A stretch of 37,611 nucleotides of DNA, taken from positions 122,701-160,311 of the forward strand of contig RHPI01001056.1 of assembly GCA_009103225.1 (NCBI GenBank). The letters are read 5' to 3'. The stretch comes from Chlorokybus atmophyticus (lineage: Eukaryota > Plantae > Mesostigma and Chlorokybus algae). The notes under the pieces are model-generated. The model ran no database searches, was not told the DNA's origin, and saw only the letters and a list, made by a program, of their open reading frames with translations. Position numbers and translations under genes: made by a program. This document shows, piece by piece, positions 34,868 through 37,611 of this stretch (position 1 is the stretch's first letter; every line of letters begins with the position of its first letter).

Positions 34868-35889
34868 GTGAAAGAAGACCAAGCGTTGGAGGCCAAGCTG
34901 CCCGCGTGGGAGTGTTGAAGATATTCCTACATCCGGTCAGCCTGCCCTGCATACAAGAGAGAAGAGAAGGGACCTCGATGGGAGGACCTCGAAGACTCCG
35001 GACATGAAGGTCCTGGCGCGGACTGCAGAGAAGGGTCCTAGGAGAATCGTCATATCTCCTAGGATACTTTGTCTTATAAGACGTGGCATAGCTTGTTACA
35101 AAGCTTATCAAGTTAGCTACGTGGCACATCTTACATTGTAGGATATGGTTCAGTATATCGGACGCTGTTGCATGTAGACCAGCAGTGTGTACAAACTGTG
35201 TACTGACTGGCGGGTATATAACCCCGCGGTCTGTCGGTAATAATTTGGGAAGTGTGTTGCCTTCTCCTGTGTGTCATAGCTTGCCCTCTTTACTTGCATG
35301 CTTGCTTCTCAACACTGATGACCTACTAGCACCTAATAGGTAAGCTGGCACGGTGGGCACTATTGCTACAAGAGTATTACTTTAAGGTGGAGCATCGGGC
35401 AGGCCTGTCCAACCAGGACGCAGACGGCCTCAGCCGCAACCCTTCCCTCAGCATCAACAATGCGACAGGACCCCAACACAAGCTGGGTCCTGCAGCTGCA
35501 CCTCCAGGTGTAGCGGCTATGTTCGCTGTTGCTGCGCTACACCCAAGACGCAAGACCCAGGTCGCTGAGGCAACAGCAGAAGAAGACATGCCTTCTCGTT
35601 AGCCCACCATCACCACTATAGATCTTTTATGAAAGGGAGCGCTCTCCGCCGACCCGGAGCTGAACAATGAGGAGCTTACACCTTTCAACACGCGACAGGA
35701 CATCTGGCTTGACAAGCCATCCCTCGCATTGCTCCGGATTAGACACTTTCCAGCAGGCATGAGAGTGCGCGAGAAGGACCGCGTCAATAAAAGCACTTAG
35801 CGCTGCTGATGTGCCGGCGACAAGCTATATCGACGGATACAAAATGAAGACAAGGAGGTTCCAACAGCAGCTGCGCGAGAAGGCATCAT

Positions 35890-36330
35890 TGTTGAAGAAC
35901 AGCCCATACTGTTTTCACCAGCTACAGTCAGCTTGAACAGCTCCTTTGCATTAACAGTTGCCTACATTGCCAGCCCCTGAACTGCCAGCCCCTACAGTGA
36001 TAGTCCCCAACTGTCAATGAAAGATATCTGCAAGACTGAAGTTGTGGCACTGCTATTAATGAAGCAGACCTCTGGCGGCGCTAAAAGGCTCCAGAAAGAA
36101 GAGTGCTTTGTATGCTAGCACATGCTGTAATAGCCAGCATAACCAATAGGAACTTTTGTGTACATCTGGCTAGATAAGTGGCTAGGACTGTATATTGTGT
36201 GTGTTGAGCCAGAGTTAATGATCCATATTACGTACCTCAAGTGTGCAAGCTGCTGCTGTGCATGCTCGTGTGAGTAAGATAGGCTTAGTGTTGTAGCACA
36301 TTCAACACAACTTAGCTCTGATTGTCAACA
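35890..36330 (+). mobile_element. Second solo LTR (441 bp, different family) inserted in the gypsy integrase zinc-binding region
   Basis: TGTTGAAG...TCAACA flanked by ATCAT at 35885-35889 and 36331-36335. Removal restores REGIIATLHTELGHF. Confidence 0.9.
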
Positions 36331-37445
36331 ATCATTGCGACCCTTCACACTGAGCTCGGACATTTCAATGTCAAGCGCACGGCCAGCCTGGTTAGGACTT
36401 GACACTGGTGGTATAGGGTGCACAAGCAGGTGCGCGAGTTCGTCAGCAACTGCCAGCAGTATGACATGGTCCGCAAGAGCCTCAACACGCATAACGCCTT
36501 CGCATCTCCCCTTCTCATCTCGGGGCTGTTCTACCGCTGGGGACTGGATACCCTCGGGGACTTATCACCCTCGGCACGAGGCAACCGTTACATCCTCGCC
36601 ATGATTGAGCACTTCTCCAAATGGGTAAAGCTTGTGCCCCTGCCCGACATGAGCAGCAAGGGAGTAGCCCAGGCTTTCCTCTCCCATGTACTCAATCGCT
36701 TTGGCAGCTGTGCTGAAGTCATCACCGATTAGGGTACGGAGTCCAGGGGAGCCTTTGACAAGCTCTGGACAGATATTTTATTAACAATTGTCGCACTTCA
36801 CGCGACCACCCACAGGCCGACGGGTTCTCTGAGCGCACTGTGCAGACCATCAAGTAGAAGGCTTTGCGCAAGTACGTGCTCGACTACAAGAAAGACACAT
36901 GGGATGACCACTTCCCATGGGTAGCACTAGGATATCGGCTGTCCAAGCAGGCAGCGCTGCAAGAGTACAGCTCGTACTACTTGCTGTTTGGAAGGCAGCC
37001 GTTGCTCCCTTTCCGCGCACAACAGGAGGTCAATAGAGTGGTGGACAATCTTGACAACCCAGACGAGATGCTGTACGATCCGAGAGTGCGCAGCGCACTC
37101 TTCGAGCACACAATCCCCATGGCCTTTAACAACCTGCGCATTGCGCACCACCGCGACACGCTGCGCTACGAGTGTGTGCGCAACAGTTTCTACAAAGAGC
37201 GAGAACGCCGTTCCAAACTAGGAGACTTCGTCTACTGCATGGCATCCACGCATGACACCCTCGACACCTCAGTCGGACGCGCTGTCTACAAGGTGTTGCA
37301 GGTGTACACTACAAGGGTACTGGACCTTCTTAGGCAGCAAGGCGAGCGCATCAAGAACAACATGGTGAACTGCGCGCCCTGTCATCTGCCCCACGTTGCT
37401 GGCTTCGGCAAGATCCCACACCCTCGTCCACTACGCAGCACCCGC

Positions 37446-37580
37446 TGTGAGCAGTGTGGTTGTGCCGACGGCAACCCGTTGATGCTGTTATGCAACAGCT
37501 GCAAATGAGGCATGCACTGCTACTGCCTTGACCCTCCATTGAACAAGGTGCCGATGTGGGAGTATTGGTGCGATAACTGT
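37446..37580 (+). pseudogene. PHD finger (C4HC3) at the C-terminus of gypsy integrase, with one premature TGA
   Basis: CEQCGCADGNPLMLLCNSCK*GMHCYCLDPPLNKVPMWEYWCDNC has all eight zinc ligands and the LxPPL..VP...W signature. It is in frame with the integrase ORF 36864-37508. Confidence 0.88.
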
Positions 37581-37611
37581 TGCATCAATGGTCCCCCACA
37601 CAGTCGGTAGA

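Larger units (their letters stand above)
30266..35314 (+). mobile_element. Full-length Ty1/copia LTR retrotransposon (5049 bp): LTRs 30266-30662 and 34913-35314, TSD CTGAT
   Basis: TGTTG...CAACA LTRs, CTGAT at 30261-30265 and 35315-35319, PBS at 30663, and an intact ORF. Removal restores the gypsy reading LKWLMTY. Confidence 0.98.

Overview
Eukaryotic DNA from a green-lineage (green alga / streptophyte-like) nuclear genome. The host cannot be named from sequence alone. The first ~6.6 kb hold the only intact host genes: a 5-exon plastid-type lysophosphatidic acid acyltransferase (LPAT1/PlsC family, minus strand) and a canonical tRNA-Gly(GCC), with a ~550 bp TRIM-like mini LTR element to their left. 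The remaining ~31 kb are a nested transposon cluster whose insertion boundaries can be fixed by target-site duplications (TSDs). (i) A decayed, intron-containing minus-strand gene with a recognisable SET domain, split by a full-length L1/Tx1-like LINE (15-bp TSD) and probably also by a 2.0-kb non-autonomous Copia-type element (TSD CAAAC). (ii) An old Ty3/gypsy element (~26.5 kb to the window end) carrying a decayed C5 cytosine-methyltransferase-like domain between protease and RT and a PHD finger after integrase. It is interrupted by two solo LTRs (TSDs CGYGT, ATCAT) and one intact 5.05-kb Ty1/copia element (TSD CTGAT, 1293-aa ORF, half-tRNA-iMet PBS). The most interesting signal is the chromatin-modifier cargo in mobile or decayed DNA (DNMT-like plus PHD in the gypsy, SET in the neighbouring pseudogene). 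A 395-nt poly-G run containing an N is almost certainly an assembly artefact. All domain calls come from motif recognition by eye, with no database search.
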